Of a stretch of DNA of 64,000 bases, positions 42,008 through 55,972 are shown one piece after another. The position numbers and the translations under genes are program-made. The notes under the pieces were generated by a model. The model had not been told where the DNA came from and made no database searches. It worked only from the letters and a program-made list of their open reading frames with translations. The stretch's first letter is position 1; each line of letters starts with the position of its first letter. Source of the stretch: Eledone cirrhosa (taxonomy: Eukaryota); assembly GCA_964016885.1 (NCBI GenBank), contig OZ024740.1, forward strand, positions 163,308,001 through 163,372,000. Direction: 5' to 3'.

Positions 42008-43129
42008 CTAGCAGTGTATCCCGGCGTTGCACCGGGATACACTGCTAGTAAGAACATTGGTAATAGCACCTCCAATGAGAAATTTTTATTTGTGTGTGCC
42101 TGTTAAAACTCAGGAAAATATACCACCAAGAAACTTGTTTTATTTGGAGAAAATTAAGAAGTTGAAAGTACAGTTTAGCTGTCTACGTGCATTGTTCATA
42201 TAAATATTATTGAGCCCCTTATTTTCATACTCCTCTGTTTAGGAGTAAATGTGAAAGAGAAAGTCACAGGTTAAGTTGGCAGAAGGTTCCAGTTCAATAG
42301 CAGTAAGGCGTAGGCTACTTACCTCAAAAGTTCATTTGCACTCTTTCCACCAAGTTACTCTTTCTCTCTATCCCTGTCCGTGCAGTCCCTTGCGAATTTT
42401 TCGCGTAGGCCTGGTGTAGATTTGCACCCGATCCATCTGCCCGATGCACATGTCCACTTTGTACGGCTTTTGGAGGAAGGAGTGACCAGCAGTACGTTGT
42501 TCGGTGTTATTACGAAAAGGTGTAGCAGAGAATCCCGCGTGAACTAACAGCTCGGGGGGAAACTGCTTACCTCGAAGATTCATTCTTGTCAACGCTCCAT
42601 TTAGTTGGTATTTGTTGGTCTACAGTTAGATGAATGGCGCACAAAGGGTTAATGTTTATTGGCAAGAAGTGGCAACTGGGCTGGCTTGCCTCGCTTATAT
42701 TATATATTAAAATAGCAGATTAAAGTTTAAGCAAAGAATCGCTGCTTTCACCCTTAACGGGATCTTCTGAAACTAAAAAAATCAATCTGTGAACGCAGAA
42801 GTAAATATTTCGAAAAAGGTTGCAACCGAAGGAAAACAGGAAGACGATATTTGGTTCGTGAAGACGTTCCCTGGCAATGAACGGAAAATAGCGAACATAA
42901 TACGTCATCAATTTTTGTCATAATGTCGTTATGCAGACAGCCAGGCATACAGACAGATATTATAAGGGCGCGACAGAGATCAATAACCGGCGCCTATCAC
43001 CCCTTTAACAACAGAAAATTGAAAAGTAAAGATTGCAGTTAATGTTTTTAGACCGCAAGGAATATATAAATGCAAGTTTGAAGTCAATCGGAGTAGAAAT
43101 GTGGATTTGTATGGACTTTGCAAAAATGA

Positions 43130-43225
<96 letters not shown>

Positions 43226-43250
43226 CTACAGTTTTATATATATGTATAGA
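42008..43250 (-). mobile_element. Non-autonomous Helitron
   Basis: Minus strand starts TCTATACATATATATAAAACTG, has (TG)n, and ends in a hairpin plus CTAG; internal block 42710-42910 recurs inverted at 44175-44380. Confidence 0.7.
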
Positions 43251-43872
43251 TTATCAATATCAGCTTCAGATGGCAGTGTAGTTTTACTGTTTGCTCCGTT
43301 AGGTTATAATTAGTTACATAACTTCTATATATGTAGCTAGTTCTGACTTAACAGCTTAGTTATCAAGATCAGCGAGGTCACTCACTGAAACATATTTATC
43401 GTGTTATCTGTTGAAGAAATCAGTAATTGATTTGTACTTTTTCCCAGCTCTTTCTTGCAATTTGATACGCTTTATTATTCTTGCATGAAATTCACATTTT
43501 TTTTTATCGTTCCTCAAAATCGATCTAAAATAAAATAGTCATAATAATATCAAACAACGTTTGGAAGGACATCGACGTGGATCAAAAACCGACATTTGAA
43601 GTAAACTCTCACGAAATTTAATTTTAATCTCTCTCATTAGGGTTTTTCGATCTATTCCTTTCTCGATAATCCAAATAATTATGAACCTTGTGTCGTTTCA
43701 TATCCTCATATACAATTATATAGATTTCTGGACCGATGTAGGCTTGATTGTCCCTTTTTTCTTGTTTCCAGGGGTACTTTACGTGATTTATTAAACTATT
43801 ACTATAGTTATCTATATTACGGCGACTATACTTTCAAATTTCAAATTTCTCAATGCACCGTAGGTCAATAAA

Positions 43873-44001
<129 letters not shown>

Positions 44002-44464
44002 GTATATGTCTTCCTTCTCTTGAGAGCCCATGATGAGAACGCTGTGTATTTTATAGGAAAATATGAAAAACTGCAAAAGTTGATCATACTTGTTAGAACA
44101 TTAGTCTACAACCTCTTTTATACCATAAATGTGGTTTTGTCTTTGCGCGTAATTGTTTTTCACCGCTCCTATTAATGACGTATTATTCGTTTTTTCCCGT
44201 TCTTTGCCAGTGAACGTTACCACGAACCAAAGTATCGTCTTCCTGTCTTCCTCCGGTTGCAACGTTTTTTTAAATATCCAGTTCTGCGTTTACAGATTGA
44301 CTTTGTTAGTTTCAGAAGATCCCGTTAAGGGTGAAAGCAGCGATTCTTTGCTTAAACTTTAATCTGTTATTTTAATAAATATTTGCTCTACGGTTCTTAT
44401 ATATTTGATATATATTTTCATTATCGAACCCTCTTTGGATTTTAGTCTTCAATTTTATTATTAT

Positions 44465-44637
<173 letters not shown>

Positions 44638-44665
44638 TGTGCGTATATACATGCATACATACATA

Positions 44666-47600
44666 CCTTCCAGAGAGAAATTAATTCATGTATAAATATC
44701 TCTCTTGCTGAACGTATTAAAACGACAATGTTTAATAAAAAAAATTAAAAAAACAAATAATGAAATATTACGTGTTATTGACGAAATAGGGGATGAATAT
44801 TTACGACAGATAAAAACCCCAACATTTTGGCAAATCAATTCCTGTTTATATGCCTTAGCAACGACAGTGAAGCATTATCTTTGTGATAGCAGAGATATTA
44901 ATAAGAACAGAACACCACCAAAAATACCATCATATATAACTAAAATAGAAAAAAAGATTGCTGACCTACGAAAAAACCATAAGATATGTGACAATGCTCC
45001 TAACATTCAAACAAACACAAAAAACTCACTCCTTGACAACAAAGAGTGAAAAATAAAATAGAGATGATGTTTGGTAACAGTAGAACCAGAACTCTTCAAT
45101 ATAAGCTGATCACCCTCAAACAAGAATTGAGAGCTGTTAGCGAAAAACGCCGATACCTGAAGAAGGTAGATGAGAGAAAATTGCTTAATAAAAGATTCAG
45201 ACGAAACCAAACATCAGTCTATAGAGATATGAAGAATAAAATAATAAGTGTCACTGAGGCTCCATCCCAGAAAGACATTCCTTTTGGAGCAAAATATGGA
45301 GTGAAAAGAAGAATTTCAACCAAGATGCAGTGTGGCTAAAAGAAATTCGAAAGAATTTGAGACTATGATAGGAAAACTCCAAGATAAGAAAACACCAAGA
45401 AGAGACATGATTGTCGGCTACTGGTGCAAAAAACTGATATTCTATCGGAGGTATCTTACTGGCCTCTACCAACAAGTTCTTAAGGGAGATACACTTATAC
45501 CAGAATGGTTGACATTAGCACAAACATTACTGGTCCCCAAGAACAAAGACACCCACTTGGCAAAAAACTACCAACCCATTGCATGCCAGAACCTGATGTA
45601 TAAGATGTATACAGCCTGCCTGAACCTATTCCTCCAAGATCACTGTGAAAATAATAACTTCATCACAGATGAACAAGCAGCTGGAAAGAAAGGGGTTTGG
45701 GGATGTGCTGAACAACTACTAATCAACAAAACTGCGATGTCGGAGGTGCGACAACTTAGGAGGAATATGGCTACAGTCTGGCTGGACTACAGGAAAGCTT
45801 TCGATTCTGTTCACCACTCTTGGATGATAGAGGCCCTCCAACTTTCTAAAGTCCCAGACATTATTGTCAGAGCCATAGAGAGGCTGTCTTCTTCTTGGGC
45901 TATTATCCTAAGGTTAAAGACAGAGATGGAGGACTCAATTTTCACTGATAAAATAAAATATTGCAGGGGTATATTTCAGGGGGACAGTCTCTCTGTGATA
46001 TTATTCATATTGTCATTAAACCCCTTGTCCTTTCTGCTCAAGAAATGTGAGGGATACATCATTGGATCACAGGAGGACAAAAACACGAACCTAACCCATA
46101 ATTTCTTTGTGAACGATCTGAAACTCAATGCCAAGACCATGGATGGGATGAACAAAAATCTTGACCTGGTTACAATGTTCTCAAAGGATATAGGAATGGA
46201 GTTTGGCCAAGATAAATGCTCATACATGACTGTAAAGCGGGGAAAAACAACAACCCAATCTAGCAACATTGTCATCAATGGCCTAACTGTTTCACCGATA
46301 TCTGATGAGGACTGCTACAGATACCTGGGGATAGATGAGAACATATCCCATAATGGAATCTGTAATAAGGAACACGTAACCAGGGAATACTACACCCGAT
46401 TAAGAAAGATTTGGTCATCGGAACTCTCTGCACAAAACAAAACAGTGGCTCACAATGTGTTTGCTGTGCCTGTCCTAACACCAACGTTTGGAATACTCAA
46501 TTGGACGATAGACGAAATCCGAGCAGTTGATGTTGGAACTCAAAAAATACTAAACAACACCGGAAACTTCCACATCAACAGTGATATAAATCGCCTTTAC
46601 TTGAAACGTAAGCAGGGAGCAGGGAGGCAGAGGCCTAACATCAGTCCAGACAACATTTGAATGTCGCATCATATCCCTCCGACAACATCTACGAACCTCG
46701 AAGCGTAGGAGCCCGTCTCTCGAGCAAGTCTATCTGCATGAAACAGATAAGATTATGAGAGTTGGGAAGGAACTCCTCGAGAGATATTCCCAGTGTGATA
46801 ATCAAAAACTCACACCCAGGGAAGTCGCTCAGCAGTATCGCAGTGAATCCATGGATGAAAATCTGCATGCTTATCAGCAAAAAATCATGCATGGATATGT
46901 TGCCAGGAAGCTCCAGAGTGAGAGTAATATAGATAAAGAAAGTGGTCTATCTTGGACCAACAACCGCTATATTGGCTCCCACTTTGAAGGATACGCTTTT
47001 GCAATCCAAGAACAGGAAATTAACATGAAATACCTGATTCACAAAAGAGATAGGGATGCAGGAAAAACACCTAGATGTGATAACAAGTGCAGACTCTGCA
47101 GAATTAACATCGAAGATGTCACCCATGTCATCAGCAGCTGTCCAAAGATGTCATCGCGGTACTATCTACCTATGAGGCATGATGTAGTGGCCAAAACACT
47201 GTAGAATGCAATCCGTAGAAAAGATAGCCCCGATAATAAACACATTAAAAGCTACAGCAATGTGGAAGACATCCATGTACATAATATGAAAGAGTACAGT
47301 GGAATGTTCCAGTAAAAACCCCAATAAAATACAGGCCTAACAGACCAGATATTATGATATTATGAACAGGGAGAAGAAAGCATGCGCAGTAGTGGAAATT
47401 AGCTGCCCAGCAGATGCCGATATAATATCAAAGATTAGCGAAAAGGAGAATATTTATGCAGAACTGATGAGAAATCTGCAGATACTCCACCCTGATTACA
47501 CCTTCAGATTTATGACTGTGATTCTTGGGGCACTGGGGTATGTTAGTAACTGCCTCAATACAAATCTTGAGAAGCTAGGCTTCACAGGAACAGTAAGAAC

Positions 47601-47908
47601 ACAACTAGTTAGGAAATTACAAGTACAATCCATTAATGGAACAGTAAAAATATGTAAAACATTCCAAAATATTTTGCATCTAATAACTGCATATACACAT
47701 GTACAGATGCAAAGCATATACACATGCACACATACAACTCAAAACATCACATCCACACATACAATAACATCTATATCTATACATGCATGCATACATAATC
47801 TACCTAGTTGATGTTGTGTAAATTCCAATGAGAGAGTCTTGTGTCTATGTTAGAAACCGACTCTCTCTTTATTGGGAAAAAAATTGTCAAATTATAAAAC
47901 CAGAAGAA
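44666..47908 (+). mobile_element. R4/Dong-clade non-LTR retrotransposon (RT, CCHC, RLE), 5'-truncated
   Basis: 442-aa RT ORF 45332-46660 plus downstream CCHC and RLE frames; (CATA)n on both flanks. Confidence 0.93.
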
Positions 47909-47931
47909 CATGCATACATACATACATACAT

Positions 47932-48342
47932 GATGGCTGAAAACTCTGCTAAGAGTATTGCAATCGCTTGTAACAGATCCTTAACAAGCAATGCCTGTGC
48001 TTTGAAGGTTTGAAGGTTTTTTAAGTGGGGAAAGGCTATGCGCTCGACCAATCCCATTCTCTGAACATCGAAAACACTACCCGAACGAAAAGGAGAACTG
48101 GTCAACATCATCGGACAATTCCGAAACCGCAGGTTTTTTTCCCATGTACTATTTGGATGGTGGCTGTTGACTCTGCTGAGTTCCTCCGCTCGTTGCCGGG
48201 TCATGTATTTCCTCCCACAGGGTGTCAAAATATCATACTCCTCACCAAGCAAGCTTGGTGGGGTTGCCAGTTTAGTCGCCGACGATCCGACCATGAGACA
48301 GCTTGTACTGGATTATAAGTTACCAGTAGCATTCGAGAGCGC
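47932..48342 (-). mobile_element. Non-autonomous RTE-related retroposon
   Basis: Homologous to 18085-18591. Confidence 0.7.
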
Positions 48343-48408
48343 GTGTGTATACATGCATACATATATACGTACATACATTGTGTGTGTATATACATACATA
48401 TATAAATA

Positions 48409-48692
48409 TCTATATATATAAAACTGAGGATGTCTGTGTGTGTGTGAGTTTGAATCCCTGAAACTCGAGAACCATCAAAACTTTACACATGTAATACTTA
48501 TGTTTCAGGAAGTGTTCTGAGCAAAAGAAATTTCGAATTTCCAATGCCCTAGGGACCACATTAGGCGATTTAGTGATCTCTCTCTATAATTCTTAGTCTT
48601 TCTCTTTTCAGATAGATACATACATGTAACGCAGCGCCCTTATAATATCTCTCTGTATGTCTGGCTGTCTGCATCACGTCACTTCCCTGAGG

Positions 48693-48789
<97 letters not shown>

Positions 48790-49359
48790 AATCCCTAAAA
48801 CTCGAGAAGTACCCAACCGATTTTTTTCAAACTTTACATGTGTATTACTTATGTTTCAGGGAGTGTTATGCACATAAAATTCAACTTTTTGATCCCCTAG
48901 GGCCCGCATTAGGTGAAAACTGCGTTTTTTAAGCTTTTTAGGGGTTTTTTGAGGCGTTATCTCAGACCGATTTCCTTGAAATTGTAACTGTGTATTAGTC
49001 AGTCTCTTCTTCATATCGTGAGCACAGAAAATCCATCTTTTTTATGGCCTAGGGCCCGCATTAGGTGAAAAACTTCATTTTTTTCAGCTTTTTATGGCTT
49101 TTTGGAGTCTAGCCGATTTTCCAGAAATTTCAAGGCATATTATGCACATAAAAAAAATTCATTTTCTTGATCCATTAGGTGAAAACCTCCATTTTTCCTG
49201 CTTCATCGAGGAAAATCTTAAGGATTATCCAGCCATCAGAGTATTCGGTTTATTTTCTTTACATATTGTCCAGGCATGCAGTTTTTCCACGATTAAGTCT
49301 GTTGGCGGCCCGCCTTCCAAAATACCTTATCCCGTGCAACGCCGGGTTACCACTGCTAG
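48409..49359 (+). mobile_element. Non-autonomous Helitron
   Basis: A|TC start, CCCG..CGGG subterminal hairpin, CTAG|T end, no TSD. Confidence 0.85.
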
Positions 49360-49630
49360 TACTTAATACAACCTTGATGTTCATTTTATATTATGTATTT
49401 ATGCTCTGTGACTTTCCCCGTCTTCAACTATAAGTGTACTAACCCATTGGAGTTTGATTCGACCCGGATTCCTTTATGTTGTCGACTAATAACACATTGA
49501 GCTTTACGTATCTTATGTAAATTAATAGTGGATTATTTCACTCTAATTATAGCTATATAATTATATGTACACACACACACACACATATATATATATATGA
49601 GTGTATACATACATGTATCTATAAATGCAT

Positions 49631-49670
<40 letters not shown>

Positions 49671-49677
49671 AGATATT

Positions 49678-49709
<32 letters not shown>

Positions 49710-50698
49710 TGTATGTATGTATGTATGTACGTATGTATGTGTGTACGTATGTGCGTAGTGTGTGTGTGTAAAAACTGTCAAAATGTATGATTGATGAGCT
49801 AAACATTCCTCAGCCCAAAGTGTATTATCATTCCATCTGATAACTCAGTCCAAGCACACAGTGATTTCCATGAGTATTGATTAGTTAAATAAATTTCTTT
49901 TCTGAATATATAGACAGAGTTATGCACTGAAGCCTACTAGGAGGAAATTGTCTATTTACAACGTGAGATTTGAAGCATGCGTAGAACTAAGTAAGTGGCT
50001 TACTACAATTTAAAGTTTGGTCTATTTACAAACGAAGAATTATCAGTAGCAAATGGGAAATATACTCTTGTACTCATGTGTATGATATTTTGATAAAAGG
50101 ATTGGCAACACATCAACATCCAGATACATTAGATGATTCTAATGCTTTAACCCTGTTATAAGGAGTGAGCTTTGAGCAAATATAAAGTAAATGTGCACAT
50201 TGTGTCGACTATAAACAGCTTGCAAAAATGTATATGGAGCATATGTCTATCACGTGTTACAACACTCACTCTTACCCAATCACCACCTCAGTCCTGCTTT
50301 TAAATTCGTACAGCAGTCTAGTTTTATCAAGCATACAGAATTAATATATATACGTCACTAAACAGTCAACAAGTACTATTTTACAAATAAGGATAGATAG
50401 ATATTTACTTGACTAGTACGCAGCAGAGCTAACTGCGGAATAGTTCGTATGGTCAGATATATTCACCGGTGCATGATCAGTTCTATTGGCATAGATTGTT
50501 GGAGATAGAGAAGCTGGAGAGTTCATGTCTTTCCGAAGTACATTACCGGAGTAAGTTAAATTTATAAAACTGAGAATCGAACCTGTGCTGATATGCTGGT
50601 TACCGGCATTTCACTACTATTTCACTATGGCATCTGTCACTATTAACATAACATCTGTTACTATTTACGTCATCAACTCCACTTCCTATATAATCATA

Positions 50699-50874
50699 AG
50701 ACCTGCCAACTCTATATCTCACCCACTTTGAGGTGGGTGAGAGATGTCTTCTCTTGTGCAAATGCGTATAGCTTTAATTATGTAAAATTTCCCCATTTGG
50801 CCTCATTTCTCCTCATTTTGGGGCACTTTTTTCCGTGGTACTTCCCATTTGGGTTTTTAGAGGCTGGCAGGTCT
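50699..50874. mobile_element. hAT-like MITE
   Basis: TIRs AGACCTGCCAAC / GCTGGCAGGTCT; degenerate 8-bp TSD TAATCATA / CAATCACA. Confidence 0.7.
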
Positions 50875-51029
50875 CAATCACATGCAATATATACACGCCG
50901 TTTACATGAGCGAAAGAAAGGGTCTTTACTCTATCACTGCTCCTGGTGGAAATAGCAATCAAATCTTTCTAAACTATACTTTACAGACTTAAAAAAGGAA
51001 GACACATCGGATGATGGAGGTGGGGGTAA

Positions 51030-51345
51030 AGTCAATAGAATAGTATTTGTCTGGTAATTTATTTTATCGAATCATGAATGATGAATGGTAAATTGATCTT
51101 GACAAGATTTTCTCTAAAAACGTAAAAGATTGTAACTAAATACGCAAAGCATTTTAGTTTTATCAATTTTATCAATCCACACCCTTCCAATAAATATTGA
51201 TTTCTAGCATCGATACGGGGCCGTACATTTTGTGGAGCGGTGTGTAATCGATTAATTTCGACTACAGTATGGTACTGGTATTTATTTTATCGACACCTGG
51301 AAATATGAAAGACAAAGCCGACCTCGACGATATTTAAACTCAGTA
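51030..51345 (-). mobile_element. Two decayed Nin/Deu-core SINEs
   Basis: CTGGTA.TTTATTTTATCGA...TGAAAG.CAAAG.CGACCTCG. Confidence 0.65.
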
Positions 51346-52004
51346 CATAATCGATATTTATTCCTGACATAGGTACAAGATTTCAAACTGGACACCAATT
51401 CATTGACTATATTTTATCAAAGGGTTGAATAATAAAGTCATTCTCATATTGACACCATATTAATGTCGATGTAACCTCAATCACCGTTTACTAAATAGGG
51501 TGGGAGATACTCGTAGATAAAGCTTCAATAATTCTGATAATTTAGACTCCACCTAAATATTAACTATAGTTCAGATTGCAAAATGTATTCCTTGATTTTT
51601 TTATTAACAGAAAATAAGAGTAATTCAAAATGTTGCTTTTCACACACACAAAAGAAAATCCACACTGTCTTTTGAAAATATTTTAACTAAACAAGTTAGT
51701 TTAACATCTCTGATTAAGTACAATATCTAACATTAAATACTAAGAGCCAACGAGTAAGAAATGTATTTCGATACGATCAAACAATAGCCTCGCTTCAAAA
51801 GATAGTCGACTTTTCTTTCTGACGTTAAAATTGTAATTTATACAATCGAATTCAGAAGAGCTGTGGGTATTTGATTCATTATAATAGTGAAGTAGAGTAG
51901 TAAATTATTTTTGTTCAGTGATGAATGTCAGAAAAAGAGTGGGAAGAGGGGGGGGGGGGGGGCTAGAGTAGAGAGAGAGATAGAGAGAGTGAGAGAGAGA
52001 GAGA

Positions 52005-52043
<39 letters not shown>

Positions 52044-52361
52044 TAATGTAAGAGATGATTTAAATACTCTACACGGATATGCAGAACAGTAAAATCATGT
52101 TTGATTACATGTTCTGTATGATCAACAGAAACAATTTTAGGTTCACAAAATCTAGAACAATATTTATCGCTGTGTGATTTTCATAAAACGTAATATTTTA
52201 TATTAAATCCTCTAATAAACATTTTCTTGTGTATTGGGTATGAGTGATGAGGGAAAATATTTACACAAAGACTTTCCTCGATCATAATGGTTTTATTAGT
52301 ATAGTAACTAACTGACCCGAAGATACACAATAACAAAACAAAAGACAGAAAGAAGGAATGA

Positions 52362-52417
<56 letters not shown>

Positions 52418-53089
52418 AAAAAAGAATTAGGTTTCTTGAATCTATAATATTAATAAGATAGCGTGGGATAATTAGCTTTCATAGTGGACGACCTCTATTG
52501 TGGTACATTGTATTTTTGTCATATCTATGTTCTAGATAAAAAAGGAATTTGTCATGCGATGCAATAATTATTTGAGATGGAGCCAGAAGATTTGCTAACC
52601 AGCCTTTCATTGTGAACTCGGCTTGAAGACGAGACAGAAGGATCACAGGAGTTATTCAGTACCATCTTTAAAGAAACTGTTATTGATTATAAAATGTATA
52701 GTAAGGGTTCATCTGACTACTTAAATGGGGTTAAAAATACAAAGTTAATCATAGTTTCTTTTCCTACATAATTTCGGGACATAAAATTGTAGACAGTGAT
52801 TTTTTATGCAGTTGATGTTCACGGTGAAAAGATTTACAGTATGTATAGCCAGATTTCTGGAAATAAATCACGTTACAGTCAATCGTTTTATGAACAACAT
52901 ATGGTCATAGGACCGGTGTGTAATCCAAGTTTCTGTAGAAGATGACAGTCAACTACTTCGACTAGATAAGACTCTTTTTTGACTGAATTATACTGGAGAT
53001 AGACTTGTGACATCGATGTGGTTATTGTTTCTCTTGTACAGTTGTAAGTCAACGGTTGCAGACAAAAAATAAATTTAAAAAACGTGCTA

Positions 53090-53720
53090 TGAGGGATTTC
53101 CAGAGAGACGACGTTCGGAGGGAGAAAAACTGGATGTAGTGGTTAGTTGAGAGCTTGGGTGGAAGTTACACGAGACCAGAAGCAGAAGCCACTGTAGTAG
53201 CGATAGAAAAAGCAGAGAGAAAATACAGCATATCTGTGGACCTGATGCTGAAAACTGTTGGTGAGCAATAAGTTGAGTGTCCTTTCTTTGGAGACAATCT
53301 AGGATATTTGCAGCAACAACATTGTCCCAGCTATTGGAGCAGCATTTCATATTAAGTCTCATCTGATCTGTGTAGAGTGTTAGTACTTGATGGGGGATGA
53401 GGTATTGTTTTGCCTTGAAGAAGAAAGTCAATATTTGTGATACAGCTATGGATGTGCAGTTTAGGAGATTTTCATGCGCAGTAGCAACATCATCCACAAT
53501 GTGAGAACAGTAATCCATTGTGGGTCTTCCCTGAAAGTTGTAGAGAGTTAGTAGTTGTTAGGGAATGTACTATTTTCTAGCCATGAAGCGGAATGCTAGG
53601 CTTTATGATAAAGTCTTTACTATGTTGAAAATTTGTGTTCCCCAGATGAGATCTTCAGTGACAGCGAGGACTATAGTATATAGCAGGTAGTAGCTTTCTT
53701 CAAAATACCTGACAATCAAC
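53090..53720 (-). mobile_element. CR1/Jockey-type LINE 3' fragment
   Basis: VLTLYTDQMRLNMKCCSNSW...LDCLQRK resembles the LY...RP.MEYCS.VW...LDRIQ motif. Confidence 0.65.
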
Positions 53721-53959
53721 TCCGCTAAGATAAATTAAGAAAAGTAGAATTAAATTACCTGTGCAGAGATATGTTGAAATATCTGCCGTATGATATGAAT
53801 TCATGAATACATAGCTGAAATCTCTAATGTATATATAATTAAAGGTTTCAATTTCGGCAGGCTAGTTAAAATTGTTACAGCGGTATTACTTAAGAACGCT
53901 TTTGTTCTTTTTTCAGTACATAGTATGTTTGTTTGTTTTTTGTGTGTTTATTTATCAAG

Positions 53960-54155
53960 GGCGGTGGATTGACAGAATCGGTAGACAACATGCTTCGCGA
54001 CATAGAGTTACGTCCCTTTGCGTTCTGAGTTCAAATCCCGTCGAGGTTAGTTTTGCCTTTCATCCTTAAAATAAAGTACCAGTAACGTACTGATGTCGAT
54101 TTAATCGACTTTTCCCTCCCACAACTGTTGGCCCTGTGCCTAAATCAGAAACCAT
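53960..54155 (+). mobile_element. Nin/Deu-core tRNA SINE
   Basis: Same core as 41810-42000. Confidence 0.8.
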
Positions 54156-54622
54156 TATTTGTTTGTTTATTATACAAGTTTGAAACGTGATATATAATAT
54201 TAGTTAAGGTTAAGGAATTTTCTAGAACGGGTTAGATTTTACACTGTTTGTTTATAGTAAAATTAAATCCGATGCCATTCCTTCTTGATAAGTAGAAAAT
54301 ATCTACATTATATAATAGTGAATTGTTGGAAGTTTGATGTATTAATGGATTAATTGGGTGTTTTAATATGGCATTACGTATTTACTGAAGCAGCAGGGGA
54401 TACTATTTTAGAATTGTACAATAACTTTTGAAATAAGGTATGGTGACAATTAGAATACTGTTATACCTTTTTCTACTTTTATATGTATTTGGTTCAACTC
54501 GTATACATATTAGACCAAATATAAGTAGCTATCAGTCACTTAACTGAACAGCTCCATCTGCATATCCATTTAAAACTAAAATCAATTTCTTTGTAGAAGC
54601 CATTAAACTGCTCAGGAAATCC

Positions 54623-54830
54623 TAACACTAATACTAACATAACACTAATACTAACATAACACTAATACTAACATAACACTAATACTAACACAACACTAAT
54701 ACTAACATAACACTAATACTAACATAACACTAATACTAACATAACACTAATACTAACATAACACTAATACTAACATAACACTAATACTAACATAACACTA
54801 ATACTAACATAACACTAATACTAACATAAC
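54623..54830. repeat. 17-bp tandem repeat, ~12 copies
   Basis: (AACACTAATACTAACAT)n. Confidence 0.95.
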
Positions 54831-55099
54831 AAGTAAGCAACATGTTCTAGAACAGCCATACTGTATTTCAACTATTTTATCCAATGTGTCCTACAATTGT
54901 CTTAGACAGTAACATGTGATTAGAGTAAGATTTCGCTCTGTTTCTTGCAGATTGTGTGGCCACATTTTCAGAACAGGCATTTTTAATCTTGTTCATGTAG
55001 TTAATTATTTTTACATATATTTCATTACTGCACTAGGGGTGATTAACGCAACCATAAGGATCTGGTCCGAACATGGAAGAGCCGAACTCCCACTGTCAT

Positions 55100-55385
55100 C
55101 GCCTCCATTTCTCTCGCCCTCTTCATCTCTCCGTATGGTGAGCAAATGGGGTCCCACGTGCTGGCCTCCCCACAGCCCTGGCGGACAGGATAGAGAAGGC
55201 GTTTCCCCAGATGATGGTAAGGGAGATACGCTGGAAGAGCTTTTCCAACTCGTGAGGCTCACACCTGCGGTTGGCCAGCTCAGCGCCTATGGTGGTGAGT
55301 AGGGAGGTAGCCCTAGAGCCAAGGACACCAGAAGTCTCCACTGCCAAGGACATGATCGCGAACCGGTCGGAGAGCGATCGGCATT
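55100..55385 (-). mobile_element. CRE-clade non-LTR retrotransposon, RLE C-terminal fragment
   Basis: LAVETSGVLG...LFQRISLTIIWGNAFSIL. Confidence 0.8.
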
Positions 55386-55897
55386 TTTAATTAAGTTAGT
55401 TTATTCATGTCAGTATGAATGGCATGTATACATATACGTTGATGCAACATGTCCGAATGTTTAAGGAGTTTGTTTTGCAGTCATTAGGTCCTGGGTCTGA
55501 TTCTACTGCATGGAATTAGAAGCAAGTGTCATTTATCGTAGCCTCAGATCGAATCATCTCTTGTGAATGAAATTAGGTAGATGGAAATTGCTTGCAAGCC
55601 CCCTGAGGGCACTGTTCCTGTAATTCAAAGGGTGTGTGTCGTATCACGCTCAATCTCGCTGAGAATGATTTTAAGTGTACATGTGTCTGTGGAATGCTCA
55701 GCAACCTATACGTTTATGTAACGAGCAAGCTATTCCGTTGATCGAACAACTGGAACACTTACCGTCAAAACCGAAGCAGGTCCATTCTGTATGCCTATAT
55801 GACTGAATGTCATTGTGTAAGCATAAGTGTAGATGCGTTTGTTGTTTATTCTGAACAAAAACAAACAAAAAAAGATTTAGTTGTAGGCAATCTTGTT

Positions 55898-55972
<75 letters not shown>

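Noticed and set aside
54623-54830. Telomeric repeat
   Set aside because: The 17-bp unit does not contain TTAGGG; it is an ordinary minisatellite.
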